Source: Endomicrobiia bacterium (GTDB lineage: Bacteria > Elusimicrobiota > Endomicrobiia > DTEH01). From it: a stretch of 64,000 bases of DNA. Of the stretch, positions 21,572 to 31,034 are shown piece after piece. Below the pieces are notes generated by a model. It was not told where the DNA came from. It saw only the letters and a list, made by a program, of their open reading frames with translations, and did no database searches. The stretch is from NCBI GenBank assembly GCA_025059805.1, contig JANXDG010000068.1, forward strand, positions 39,838-103,837. Direction: 5' to 3'. The position numbers were made by a program, and so were the translations under genes. How positions within the stretch are numbered: the first letter of the stretch is position 1; each line of letters opens with the position of its first letter.

Positions 21572-22324
21572 ATGTGCGAAAAAAAATTGCTAAACAAAGT
21601 AGCGATAGTCACAGGAGCAGCACAAGGTATAGGTAAGAGTATTGTCAAGAAATTATCTTCAGAAGGGGCTAACTGTGTGATAGTTGATGTAGACATAGTT
21701 GCTGCTGAACAAACAGCAAAGGAGATTAATTCAGAATACGGTACGGAGACGATGATATTTAGAGTAGATGTTGTAAATTTTGAAGAAGTACAGAATTGTG
21801 TTGATGAAGTATTCAAAAAATTTGGTAAGATTGATATTCTTGTTAACAACGCTGGGATAACAAAAGATAACTTAGTTTTGAGAATGAGTGAAGAAGAGTG
21901 GGATAAAGTTATTGATGTTAATCTCAAAGGAAGTTTTAATTTTATAAAAGCTGTAGCAAAATACATGTTGAAACAAAGAAGTGGTAGGATTATAAATATT
22001 GCGTCGGTAGTAGGATTGATGGGTAACGCAGGACAGGCTAATTATTCTGCTTCTAAAGGTGGACTTATTGCACTTACAAAAACTCTTGCGAGAGAGTTTG
22101 CGTCAAGGAATATTCTTGTGAACGCTGTAGCACCTGGGTTTATTAAAACACGAATGACTGATGCTCTTTCAGAGGACCAGAAGAAAAAATTGATGGAGTT
22201 AATACCATTAAGTAGATTAGGAGAACCTGAGGATGTGGCAAATGTTGTATGGTTTCTCTGTATTGAGGAATCTAGTTATATCACAGGGCAGGTTATATCA
22301 GTAAACGGCGGTATGTATATGTAG
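21572..22324 (+). CDS. fabG: 3-oxoacyl-ACP reductase
   Basis: VTGAAQGIG, NNAG, the YSASK catalytic motif, and a C-terminal SVNGGMYM. Confidence 0.9.
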   Translation: MCEKKLLNKVAIVTGAAQGIGKSIVKKLSSEGANCVIVDVDIVAAEQTAKEINSEYGTETMIFRVDVVNFEEVQNCVDEVFKKFGKIDILVNNAGITKDNLVLRMSEEEWDKVIDVNLKGSFNFIKAVAKYMLKQRSGRIINIASVVGLMGNAGQANYSASKGGLIALTKTLAREFASRNILVNAVAPGFIKTRMTDALSEDQKKKLMELIPLSRLGEPEDVANVVWFLCIEESSYITGQVISVNGGMYM

Positions 22325-22363
22325 TAAAATTTTAAATCCCAATTAGATAGGAGGAGGTTAACT

Positions 22364-22612
22364 ATGACCGAAGATATTGCAGCAAAAGCTAAAGCAATAA
22401 TAGCAGAATCTTTAGGTGTTGATATTAACGAAGTAACAGACAACGCATCATTCGTAAATGATTTGGGTGCAGATTCTCTTGACACTGTAGAACTCGTTAT
22501 GGCGTTAGAAGAACAGTTTGGTATTGAAATACCTGACGAAGATGCAGAGAAAATACAAACTGTAGGTCAGGCAATAGAATATATAAAGAACAAGTTAGAA
22601 CAAAAACAATAA
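22364..22612 (+). CDS. acpP: Acyl carrier protein
   Basis: [18 protein letters not shown] phosphopantetheine site. SD GGAGGAGG. Confidence 0.95.
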   Translation: MTEDIAAKAKAIIAESLGVDINEVTDNASFVNDLGADSLDTVELVMALEEQFGIEIPDEDAEKIQTVGQAIEYIKNKLEQKQ

Positions 22613-22645
22613 TTTTCAAATAAAAAACTTACAGATAATATCATT

Positions 22646-23893
22646 ATGATTGGAAAGAAGCAAGTTGTCATAACTGGTATTGGATTAATTTCTCCGATAG
22701 GTATTGGTAAAGAGGAATTTACTCGGTCACTTAAGGAAGGTAGAAGTGGTGTTGATTTTATAACGTCTTTTGATACAAAAGAATTCCCTGTACATATTGC
22801 TGCGGAAGTTAAAAATTTTAACCCAGAAAACTATATTGAAAAGAAAAAATCACGTCGTATGGACAGGTTCTGTCAATTTGCTGTCGCAAGTGCAAAAATG
22901 GCAATAGAAGATGCAAAATTAGATCTGCAGAAAGAAGATTTATCACGTATAGGTGTGATTATAGCCTCAGGTATTGGTGGTATTGCAACAATAGAAGCTG
23001 AAATGAAAGTTTTATTTGATAAAGGTCCGGCCAGAGTAAGTCCGTTCCTTATACCTATGGAAATAATTAATATTGCTGCTGGCGAGATTGCTATACAATA
23101 TGGTTTTACTGGACCTAATTACGGAGTGACATCAGCCTGCGCTTCTTCAAATCATGCACTTGGAGATGCTTTGAGGTTACTTAGATATGGTGATGCTGAT
23201 GTTATAATTTGTGGTGGAAGTGAAGCTGCGATAACACCGCTTGGACTTGCAGGATTTTGCGCTGCAAGGGCTTTATCAACACGTAACGAAGAACCTAAGA
23301 AAGCATCACGTCCGTTTGATAAAAATCGTGACGGATTCGTTATGGGCGAAGGTGCAGCAGTTTTTGTTTTGGAAACACTTGAGCATGCGTTAGAACGTGG
23401 AGCTAAAATTTACGCTGAACTTGCAGGTTACGGTGCAACTGACGATGCGTATCACATCACAGCACCAAGAGAGGATGGAATAACACAGGCTTCTTGTATG
23501 AAATTAGCACTGGAGGACGCAGGTGTTAATGTTGAAGAAGTCAGTTATATAAACGCTCATGGTACTTCAACACCTTTGAATGATAAATATGAAACACTTG
23601 CAATTAAAAAAGTTTTTGGCGATTATGCTTATAAGATACCTATATCTTCAACAAAATCTATGACTGGACATTTGTTAGGTGCTGCAGGTGCTATAGAACT
23701 CGCAGCTATACTTATGTGTATGGAAAATAATTTCATACATCCCACAATAAATTATGAAACTCCAGATCCAGACTGTGATCTTGATTACGTTCCAAATGAA
23801 CCAAGGTATACAGAAATAAAAGTTGCTTTGTCTAATTCGTTTGGTTTTGGCGGACATAACGCTGCAATTGTAGTAAAAAAGATTCAGATTTGA
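22646..23893 (+). CDS. fabF: 3-oxoacyl-ACP synthase II
   Basis: SACASS active site, HGTSTPLND, TGHLLGAAG, GFGGHNA. Confidence 0.9.
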   Translation: MIGKKQVVITGIGLISPIGIGKEEFTRSLKEGRSGVDFITSFDTKEFPVHIAAEVKNFNPENYIEKKKSRRMDRFCQFAVASAKMAIEDAKLDLQKEDLSRIGVIIASGIGGIATIEAEMKVLFDKGPARVSPFLIPMEIINIAAGEIAIQYGFTGPNYGVTSACASSNHALGDALRLLRYGDADVIICGGSEAAITPLGLAGFCAARALSTRNEEPKKASRPFDKNRDGFVMGEGAAVFVLETLEHALERGAKIYAELAGYGATDDAYHITAPREDGITQASCMKLALEDAGVNVEEVSYINAHGTSTPLNDKYETLAIKKVFGDYAYKIPISSTKSMTGHLLGAAGAIELAAILMCMENNFIHPTINYETPDPDCDLDYVPNEPRYTEIKVALSNSFGFGGHNAAIVVKKIQI

Positions 23894-24580
23894 ATGACCA
23901 ACCTTGAAGAGATAGAAAAACTGCTAGGTATAAAATTTAACAATACTGAATTGTTGAGAATCGCACTTACTCATAAATCTTGGGCTGTAGAAAATAAAAT
24001 TTCTGATCATAACGAAAGGCTAGAATTTTTAGGTGATAGCGTACTTGCAGTTGTAGTGGCTGAGTATTTGTACAAAAAATTTCCATATAAAGATGAAGGT
24101 TCACTGTCAAAATTGAGGTCGGTACTGGTTTCAAAATCACAACTTGCAAAATGGGGCAAACAAATCGGTTTAGGAAGATTCGTTTTGATAAGTAAAGCTG
24201 AAGAAATTACAGGCGGAAGAAGAAAAGATAGTATAATTGCAGGTGTTTTCGAAGCTATACTTGGAGCTATATATCTTGACAAAGGTATTGAGGCGTGTAA
24301 AAAATTTTTGACTGAAAAATTTTTTATTTTACTTTCTGATGTTGAAATTCAAGATTACAAAAGTTTACTGCAAGAAATAGCACAGAAAAAATTTAAGACG
24401 TTACCAGAATATGTTATTGTCAAAGAGGTTGGTCCTGATCACGATAAAGAATTTGATTGTATAGTGAGGATTGGTGAAAGACTACTTGGCCATGGTAAAG
24501 GTAAAACAAAGAAACAGGCACAACAAAATGCAGCAAAAGAAGCAATTGAAGTTTTGAAAAAATTGAGTTTACATTCATAA
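23894..24580 (+). CDS. rnc: Ribonuclease III
   Basis: ERLEFLGDSVL signature plus a C-terminal dsRBD (GKGKTKKQAQQNAAKEA). Confidence 0.9.
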   Translation: MTNLEEIEKLLGIKFNNTELLRIALTHKSWAVENKISDHNERLEFLGDSVLAVVVAEYLYKKFPYKDEGSLSKLRSVLVSKSQLAKWGKQIGLGRFVLISKAEEITGGRRKDSIIAGVFEAILGAIYLDKGIEACKKFLTEKFFILLSDVEIQDYKSLLQEIAQKKFKTLPEYVIVKEVGPDHDKEFDCIVRIGERLLGHGKGKTKKQAQQNAAKEAIEVLKKLSLHS

Positions 24581-24633
24581 TTCATTTTTTTGGTCTATTC
24601 TATAAACTTAGTTCAGATATTCTTTATATTGTT

Positions 24634-24708
24634 GCCCCCATCGTCTAGCCAGGTCTAGGACACGGGTCTTTCAAGCCCGCAGCAGGGGTTCAAATCCCCT
24701 TGGGGGCA
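24634..24708 (+). tRNA. tRNA-Glu (anticodon TTC)
   Basis: Cloverleaf folded by hand: acceptor GCCCCCA/TGGGGGC, D arm with GG, anticodon loop CTTTCAA, T arm AGGGG-TTCAAAT-CCCCT. Close to E. coli tRNA-Glu. No encoded CCA. Confidence 0.85.
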
Positions 24709-24818
24709 AATTTTGTTTTAATTGTTCCCTTTCAAATTTCATTCCTAAAAATTAGAATTATATCTTTTCTAAACTTGTAATCCACTGCGAATTTTTATAA
24801 AAATACAAAAATTTTATT

Positions 24819-24894
24819 CGGGGTGTGGCTCAGGTGGATTCAGAGCGCATGGTTCGGGACCATGAGGTCGTGGGTTCAAGTCCCACCACCCCGA
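24819..24894 (+). tRNA. tRNA-Pro (anticodon CGG)
   Basis: Acceptor CGGGGTG/CACCCCG, D stem GCTC/GAGC, anticodon stem CATGG/CCATG with loop TTCGGGA, T arm GTGGG-TTCAAGT-CCCAC. Confidence 0.85.
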
Positions 24895-24947
24895 GATTAT
24901 AGTATTTTAATTACATCAAAAAATTTTACAATAACAAATAACAACAG

Positions 24948-26954
24948 ATGACTGAGAAAAAAACGGAATTAATATACGAAAAATCGTTAAAGTTACATAA
25001 GAAGTATAAAGGTAAGATTGCAGTTATACCGAAGTGTCCCGTAAGGAATCTTGCAGATTTTAACTACTGGTATACACCTGGTGTAGCTGCACCGTGTAAG
25101 AAAATAGTAGAAGATCTTCAAAAAGTATATGAATATACAAACAAATGGAATACAATAGCAGTAGTTTCTGATGGTAGTCGTGTTTTAGGATTGGGTAATA
25201 TAGGATCATATGCAGCTTTACCTGTGATGGAAGGTAAAGCGTTAATATTTAAACATCTTGGTGGTGTGGATGCTATACCTATAGTTGTTGCTACACAAGA
25301 TCCTGAAGAATTTATAAAAGTGGTGAAAAACATTTCACCTTCATTTGGCGGGATTAATCTTGAGGATATTGAACAACCCAAATGTTTCTATATCTTAGAC
25401 CGATTAAGGAAAGAATTAGATATTCCAGTATGGCACGATGATCAACAAGGTACTGCTACTGTTACTTTAGCAGGTTTGATAAATGCATTGAGAATTGTTG
25501 GTAAAAAAATAAACGAGGTTAAGATAGTACTGTTAGGTGCAGGTGCTGCAAATGTTTGTATTGCAAGGTTGTTGATGAAGGCAGGTGCTAATGCCGATAA
25601 TATGATTGTAGTTGACTCTAAGGGAATACTTAATCGTGACAGGGAAGATATATCGTCACAAAAAGAACTTTATATAGAAAAATGGGATTTATGTCTCACG
25701 ACTAATAAAGATAATGTTAAAGGTGGTATTCAAGAAGCACTTGTGGATGCAGATGTTTTAATTGCAGCGTCAAAACCAGGTCCTGGCGTGGTAAAAAAAG
25801 AATGGGTAGCTAAAATGAACAAAGACGGGATAGTTTTTGCAGAGGCAAATCCTATTCCTGAAATTATGCCTGATGAAGCAAAACAAGCTGGCGCACGTAT
25901 TGTTGCAACTGGTAGATCTGATTTCCCAAATCAAATTAATAATTCATTATGCTTTCCAGGAATGTTCCGTGGTGTATTAGATGTTCAAGCTAAAACAATA
26001 ACTGATGAGATGTGCATTTCTGCAGCAAATGCAATCGCAAACTATGCAAGGGAAAAAGGTATTCACGAGGAGTATATTGTTCCGACAATGGAAGAATGGG
26101 AAGTGTATCCTGAGGTAGCGGCAGCAGTTGGTATAACAGCGATAAAACAAAATGTTGCAGTTAAGAAATTTACTAAAGAAAAACTATATTCCATATCGAA
26201 AAGAATTATAAAAAAATCAGTTGATACCATGAAATTATTATTAAGGACACAAATGCTGAAAAGTTTTGTTTTAGCGTTTATATCTTTTGTATTAATAAAT
26301 AATGTGTTTTCTAAAACTATAGAGTTCGCAAAAAAAAGTTCTACTAAAGAAATCGTTAGGTATAAATATTTTACAGAATGTTGTAGTCTTATTGGTTCCT
26401 GTGGTAAAATCTATTCAATAAATTCTACAATTCTTAGCCGTAACAAAGTGTTAATCGGAATACATAGATTTGATATTTCAGTAACTTACGGTGTATTGAC
26501 AAACTCAGAAGTTGGCATAAAGTTCAATCTTGAAGAACAACGTGATATCAGTAAGTTCAGTAAGAATATAGATAAAATTTCACCATATGTAAAATATAAA
26601 ATAATTAGCTCGTTAAATAGGCAACCGATAGATTTGGCTGTAGGAATATATAGAACTAATATTTTACTTATTATAGAAAAAGCTATGCCAGAACTTTTAT
26701 CTACATCGTTCTTAGTAAATTTTTTCTTTTCTTTTTTTGATTCAGAGAAGTTTATGTACAGTTTTTCATTATCTAAATATACAAAGTGGACAGAATTTAT
26801 TGCAGACATAAATCCTGAAGAAGAAAAACTTTCGTTTGGTGCAAGGGTTCTGTTAACACCCGAAGTTAAACTTTCTCTTTTTATGACAGACATTATTAAT
26901 CTTAAAAATGTGTTGTTTTATAATTTTGTTTTTGGTATATCTGTAAGGGTTTAA
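24948..26954 (+). CDS. NAD(P)-dependent malic enzyme (about 1-425 aa) continuing in frame into a ~240-aa non-homologous extension. The extension begins with a signal-peptide-like segment.
   Basis: Malic enzyme motifs (YTPGVAAPC, GLGNIGSYAALPVMEGKALIFK, LLGAGAANVCIA). After about aa 425 the in-frame sequence MKLLLRTQMLKSFVLAFISFVLINNVFS looks like a Sec signal peptide. It is followed by a low-complexity beta-rich tail ending VFGISVRV. Confidence 0.7.
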   Translation: MTEKKTELIYEKSLKLHKKYKGKIAVIPKCPVRNLADFNYWYTPGVAAPCKKIVEDLQKVYEYTNKWNTIAVVSDGSRVLGLGNIGSYAALPVMEGKALIFKHLGGVDAIPIVVATQDPEEFIKVVKNISPSFGGINLEDIEQPKCFYILDRLRKELDIPVWHDDQQGTATVTLAGLINALRIVGKKINEVKIVLLGAGAANVCIARLLMKAGANADNMIVVDSKGILNRDREDISSQKELYIEKWDLCLTTNKDNVKGGIQEALVDADVLIAASKPGPGVVKKEWVAKMNKDGIVFAEANPIPEIMPDEAKQAGARIVATGRSDFPNQINNSLCFPGMFRGVLDVQAKTITDEMCISAANAIANYAREKGIHEEYIVPTMEEWEVYPEVAAAVGITAIKQNVAVKKFTKEKLYSISKRIIKKSVDTMKLLLRTQMLKSFVLAFISFVLINNVFSKTIEFAKKSSTKEIVRYKYFTECCSLIGSCGKIYSINSTILSRNKVLIGIHRFDISVTYGVLTNSEVGIKFNLEEQRDISKFSKNIDKISPYVKYKIISSLNRQPIDLAVGIYRTNILLIIEKAMPELLSTSFLVNFFFSFFDSEKFMYSFSLSKYTKWTEFIADINPEEEKLSFGARVLLTPEVKLSLFMTDIINLKNVLFYNFVFGISVRV

Positions 26955-26968
26955 ACTTTGTTTCAGCA

Positions 26969-27253
26969 ATGTCTGTAAATCGTGTATGTCTAAAAATACG
27001 TTTATTTGGCCTAGTGCAAGGAATAGGTTTTAGATGGTTTGTACAGAAAATTGCAAGGGAAGAAAATATTACTGGATATGTAAAAAATTTAAATGATGGC
27101 AGTGTAGAAATAGTAGCCGAAGCGCAGAGTAAACAATACATTGAAAATTTTATTCAAAGAGTTAAGACAGAACACGACTATGCTGTTATTCGGGATGTTG
27201 AAATTGTTGAACTGCCACCACAAAATTTTACTAGTTTCAAGATCAATTTTTGA
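26969..27253 (+). CDS. acyP: Acylphosphatase
   Basis: VQGIGFRWF and GYVKNLNDGSVEIVAEA motifs. Confidence 0.8.
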   Translation: MSVNRVCLKIRLFGLVQGIGFRWFVQKIAREENITGYVKNLNDGSVEIVAEAQSKQYIENFIQRVKTEHDYAVIRDVEIVELPPQNFTSFKINF

Positions 27254-27265
27254 TAATGTTTTGTT

Positions 27266-28108
27266 ATGATAGAAATACCAAATTTTGTCCAAGAAATTAT
27301 AAACTCTACAGAAACTCTCTCAGAGAAAAAGCTTCGTTCTTTACTTAAACTATATCGCAAAAAACGAGATGGCAAAATTAAAGAACAGATCATAAATGCA
27401 TACTTATGGCTTGTGGTAAAAATCGCAAAAAAGTTTTATAAAAAATATGTAGATACAAATTTAGAGTTTCAGGATTTTATAGAAGAAGGAATCATTGGTT
27501 TATTAAAAGCAATTAATAGGTATAAACCCAGAGGTGGCTCGTTATTTCGACTTTATGCTGAATACTGGATTAAACAATCTTTGCAGCTATATCTTAAAGA
27601 AAAACCTTTTACCATAGCTCAACTTCCGAGATCAAAACTTATGGATATAAAAAAATGGTATGAAGTATGGAACAAAATTTTACAGCGTACCGGTAAAATT
27701 CCATCATTAAAAGCTATGGCGAAAGAACTAAAAATGTCGTATCATAAAGTTCGTGAGTTATATCATCAGTTATGTATGTTGGAAACAACTGAGTCACTTA
27801 CAACACCTGTAGGTGAGGATGCTACCATTGAGGATTTTATTGAAGATAAATCTGCATCGCCAGAGGAAGTGTTATCTTCCGTTTCTATGAAGGAAGCTTT
27901 GGAAGATACACTTGGTAAGATTTTAACAAGGAAAGAAATAGTTGTTATCAAACACAGATATAAACAGTACAGTAAAAATAAAACAGATGGTAAAATGTCT
28001 TATAGAAAAATAGCAAGGATTTTGCATGTTTCTCCAGAATATGTAAGAAAGATTGAACAACGTGCATTACAAAAATTGGCACTTTATGTTAAAGATAAAC
28101 TTGTATAG
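27266..28108 (+). CDS. Sigma-70 family RNA polymerase sigma factor (short, 280 aa; regions 1.2-4, RpoD-like alternative sigma)
   Basis: Region 2: INAYLWLVVKIAKKFYKK...FQDFIEEGIIGLLKAINRYKP...LYAEYWIKQSL. Region 4 HTH: MSYRKIARILHVSPEYVRKIEQRALQKL. Confidence 0.75.
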   Translation: MIEIPNFVQEIINSTETLSEKKLRSLLKLYRKKRDGKIKEQIINAYLWLVVKIAKKFYKKYVDTNLEFQDFIEEGIIGLLKAINRYKPRGGSLFRLYAEYWIKQSLQLYLKEKPFTIAQLPRSKLMDIKKWYEVWNKILQRTGKIPSLKAMAKELKMSYHKVRELYHQLCMLETTESLTTPVGEDATIEDFIEDKSASPEEVLSSVSMKEALEDTLGKILTRKEIVVIKHRYKQYSKNKTDGKMSYRKIARILHVSPEYVRKIEQRALQKLALYVKDKLV

Positions 28109-28111
28109 CAT

Positions 28112-28633
28112 ATGAAGGTTGAAGATTTAAAAAAATTTATCCGTGATATTCCAAATTTCCCGAAAGAAGGAATTGTTTTTAAAGATATTACCCCTTTACT
28201 TAAGGATTCCATAGCTTTTCGTTTTACAATAGATAGAATATGCGAATATAATAGTAGAAAAACTATACAAAAAGTTGTCGCTATGGAAGCAAGAGGATTT
28301 ATCTTTGGTAGTGCTGTCGCGTATAAACTTGGTTGTGGTTTTGTACCTGTGAGAAAAAGAGGGAAATTGCCATACGAAACGATATCTTTAGAATATCAAC
28401 TTGAATACGGAACCGATGTTCTTGAAATACATAAGGATGGGATAGAAAAAAATGATAATGTTTTAATAGTTGATGATGTTGTAGCAACTGGTGGAACGGC
28501 AAAGGCTGTGGCAAATTTAGTTGAGAAATGTGGTGGTAAAGTTGCTGGTATGAGTTTTGTAATTGAATTAAGTTTTCTCACTCCACGAGTCAAACTTGAA
28601 GGTTATGATATATTTTCACTGTTAGTTTTTTAA
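28112..28633 (+). CDS. apt: Adenine phosphoribosyltransferase
   Basis: DIPNFPKEGIVFKDITPLL, VVAMEARGFIFG, VLIVDDVVATGGTAKA (PRPP motif). Confidence 0.9.
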   Translation: MKVEDLKKFIRDIPNFPKEGIVFKDITPLLKDSIAFRFTIDRICEYNSRKTIQKVVAMEARGFIFGSAVAYKLGCGFVPVRKRGKLPYETISLEYQLEYGTDVLEIHKDGIEKNDNVLIVDDVVATGGTAKAVANLVEKCGGKVAGMSFVIELSFLTPRVKLEGYDIFSLLVF

Positions 28634-28662
28634 TGAACTCAACAAAAGGGGGGGATAAACTT

Positions 28663-28938
28663 ATGAAATATGTAATGTTAGGAAAATATTCAGTAGAAGC
28701 AATAAGAAATATTTCAAAACAAAGGACAGAAGAAGTAAAAAAGATAATCAGCAATAACAAAGGCAGAGTTGAAGCGATGTATGTACTATTAGGTCCATAT
28801 GATTTAATTTTTATAGTAAACTTTCCTTCTGAGAAAGAAGCAATAAAGACATCTGTTGAATTAACAAAACTTACAGGGATAGGTTTCACTACAATGCCTA
28901 CTATTACAGTGGCAGAATTTGACCGTTTTGTAGGATAA
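28663..28938 (+). CDS. GYD-domain protein
   Basis: MKYVMLGKYSVEAI...GRVEAMYVLLGPYDLIFIV...TTMP matches the GYD family. SD AAGGGGGGG precedes ATG 28663; the tracked ORF starts at 28633. Confidence 0.6.
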   Translation: MKYVMLGKYSVEAIRNISKQRTEEVKKIISNNKGRVEAMYVLLGPYDLIFIVNFPSEKEAIKTSVELTKLTGIGFTTMPTITVAEFDRFVG

Positions 28939-28954
28939 TTTTTTAGTATTTTTT

Positions 28955-29026
28955 GTCCCCGTAGCTCAATGGATAGAGCGGTAGCCTCCTAAGCTACTGA
29001 TATGGGTTCGATTCCCATCGGGGACA
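28955..29026 (+). tRNA. tRNA-Arg (anticodon CCT)
   Basis: Acceptor GTCCCCG/CGGGGAC, D arm GCTC-AATGGATA-GAGC, anticodon stem GTAGC/GCTAC with loop CTCCTAA, T arm ATGGG-TTCGATT-CCCAT. Confidence 0.85.
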
Positions 29027-29048
29027 GATATCTTTGAGGGGGATTATT

Positions 29049-29690
29049 ATGAAAAAATATGATCAAAATATTTTCGTAAAGGAAATATTTAGTAAAATTT
29101 TTCAGTTCTACAATAAACATAAAAATTGGATAATAGGCATATCAGCAACGTTAGGTATAATAATAGCCACAACAATAATCTTTGTTATTCGGACAAGACA
29201 GACTAGAGAATATGTTCATCAACAGATTGCTTTGTCAGAAGGATATTTGTATAGACAGAATTATGTAGAAGCATATAAGATTTTAGACAATATTATCACG
29301 CACTATAAGAACACAAGATACGCAACTTACGCTATGTACTTAAAAGCTAATTCTTTGTTTGAAAACAAAGAATTTAATGTGGCAAAAGATCTATGTGTTC
29401 AAATTTTGAAAATAAGAAAACCAAAAACTATAATAACGCCTTCAATGTACCTTTTAGGACAGTGTTATTTAGCACTTGGGAACTATGAAGAAGCTATTAA
29501 AGTGTTTAATGAGATTATACAAAATTATGCTAATCACTTTTATTCAGCTAGAGTATACGAAAGTTTAGCAATTTGTTATGAACTAAAAGGTGACACAACA
29601 TCTGCGAAGTCAATCTATGAAAAAATGAATGTATTATATCCTGGAAGTTATTGGTCCCAACTTGCACAACAAAAAATTTCTAAGTTGTAA
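29049..29690 (+). CDS. Membrane-anchored TPR-repeat protein
   Basis: N-terminal TM (IIGISATLGIIIATTIIFVI) followed by TPR-like repeats (YVEAYKILDNIITHY; YEEAIKVFNEIIQNY). SD GAGGGGG. Confidence 0.55.
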   Translation: MKKYDQNIFVKEIFSKIFQFYNKHKNWIIGISATLGIIIATTIIFVIRTRQTREYVHQQIALSEGYLYRQNYVEAYKILDNIITHYKNTRYATYAMYLKANSLFENKEFNVAKDLCVQILKIRKPKTIITPSMYLLGQCYLALGNYEEAIKVFNEIIQNYANHFYSARVYESLAICYELKGDTTSAKSIYEKMNVLYPGSYWSQLAQQKISKL

Positions 29691-29704
29691 CATATTATAA
29701 TATT

Positions 29705-31030
29705 ATGAAAAAAATTACCGTTACAACTTTTTTTATTTTTATATCTTTTTGCCAGATAACCTATTCAATAACCAAAATGTTTTTGGATACAAATTATAAG
29801 ATGTCTTATATTGAATATGAAAATCTTGATTTTAATATTTCAACTTCAACTGATAATTTTAACAAAGTTTATTCTGTATTAACTGTAAGTCTAAAAACCT
29901 TTATTGACAATACTCAGTTTGAGATTGAAATGAATAGTTTAGGTGAAGCAGGTACGGAAAATTATCAAAATACTATCTCAACTACATATTCCTGGCAGGT
30001 GTACCGTCCATATCCAAATATTCAGTTTCAACCGTGGTTGTCACAATTCTATTTTAAATATAAATATGACTTTGTAGAAACATTTAAAATACCATATTTG
30101 AAATTGAATGTAGATGGAATACATACATATTTTGTCGCAGGAAGACAAAGGAAAGAATTTGTAGAAGGTTTAGTTGTAGGCGATAATAAAATAGGTTATG
30201 ATGGTCTTTCGTTTGGTTTAAGTTTTGGTAGATTTTTTTACATAGATGGGTTATTATCAAAATTAGTTTCAAAACAAGGATTTGTTGATAACAGATATTT
30301 TGACCTTTATTGTTTTTTGATAGGTAGTAAATTTTATGATGAATATAATTTTGGAATAAATACTGTAATAGAAAATGATAAAATGCTTCAAAGCGAAAAA
30401 ATTTTTTATGAGTTTTTTATTAAGCGTGCAACAGAAAAATATATGTATATATTGGAATACATTATGCAGCGTGGTAGCAAACAAAACAAAGATTATTCAG
30501 GTAGTTTATGGTATTTTAGAGGTGCAATTCAAGGCGAAAGTAGAAATTTTGGTAAATCTATGGCAGGTTTGGTATGGTTATTATCTTCGGGAGGTTCTGA
30601 ACATGGAAGATTCAATCCAACATGTACTAGAAGTTATGAATATATGGAACCATATGGGTATGGCGAATTTACACGAGCTAATGCTCGGGACATATTTTTT
30701 AATCTACCAGATGGTTATTCTGGAGTGTTCATATTAGGGCTTGATTTTAGCGTTAACCCGCTGTCAAAATTATATACTGGATTTGAATATTATTTATATT
30801 CTTCACCTGAAGCACCAGATGACAAACCTGACGCTTCTGCAACAGAAAGGACACTTGGTGCTAAAAAAGCTATAGGTCTTGAGTACGGAATTAGTGGGAG
30901 ATATGAAATATCAAAGGATGTTAGTGTAAATTTTTCCTATTCGATTTTTGACCCAACTGCTAATGCTTATCCTAAAAAACAACATGATATCGCAACAAAA
31001 TTTGTTTTGTCGTTAGTGAGTAAATTTTAA
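29705..31030 (+). CDS. Putative outer-membrane beta-barrel protein (hypothetical)
   Basis: Signal peptide MKKITVTTFFIFISFCQITYS. Aromatic-rich alternating pattern throughout, and a C-terminal ...LSLVSKF with a terminal Phe. Confidence 0.45.
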   Translation: MKKITVTTFFIFISFCQITYSITKMFLDTNYKMSYIEYENLDFNISTSTDNFNKVYSVLTVSLKTFIDNTQFEIEMNSLGEAGTENYQNTISTTYSWQVYRPYPNIQFQPWLSQFYFKYKYDFVETFKIPYLKLNVDGIHTYFVAGRQRKEFVEGLVVGDNKIGYDGLSFGLSFGRFFYIDGLLSKLVSKQGFVDNRYFDLYCFLIGSKFYDEYNFGINTVIENDKMLQSEKIFYEFFIKRATEKYMYILEYIMQRGSKQNKDYSGSLWYFRGAIQGESRNFGKSMAGLVWLLSSGGSEHGRFNPTCTRSYEYMEPYGYGEFTRANARDIFFNLPDGYSGVFILGLDFSVNPLSKLYTGFEYYLYSSPEAPDDKPDASATERTLGAKKAIGLEYGISGRYEISKDVSVNFSYSIFDPTANAYPKKQHDIATKFVLSLVSKF

Positions 31031-31034
31031 TTTT

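Noticed and set aside
21556-21575. TTGACA hexamer upstream of fabG as an internal promoter
   Set aside because: The putative -10 would overlap the start codon, and spacing is ambiguous. Not enough support to call.
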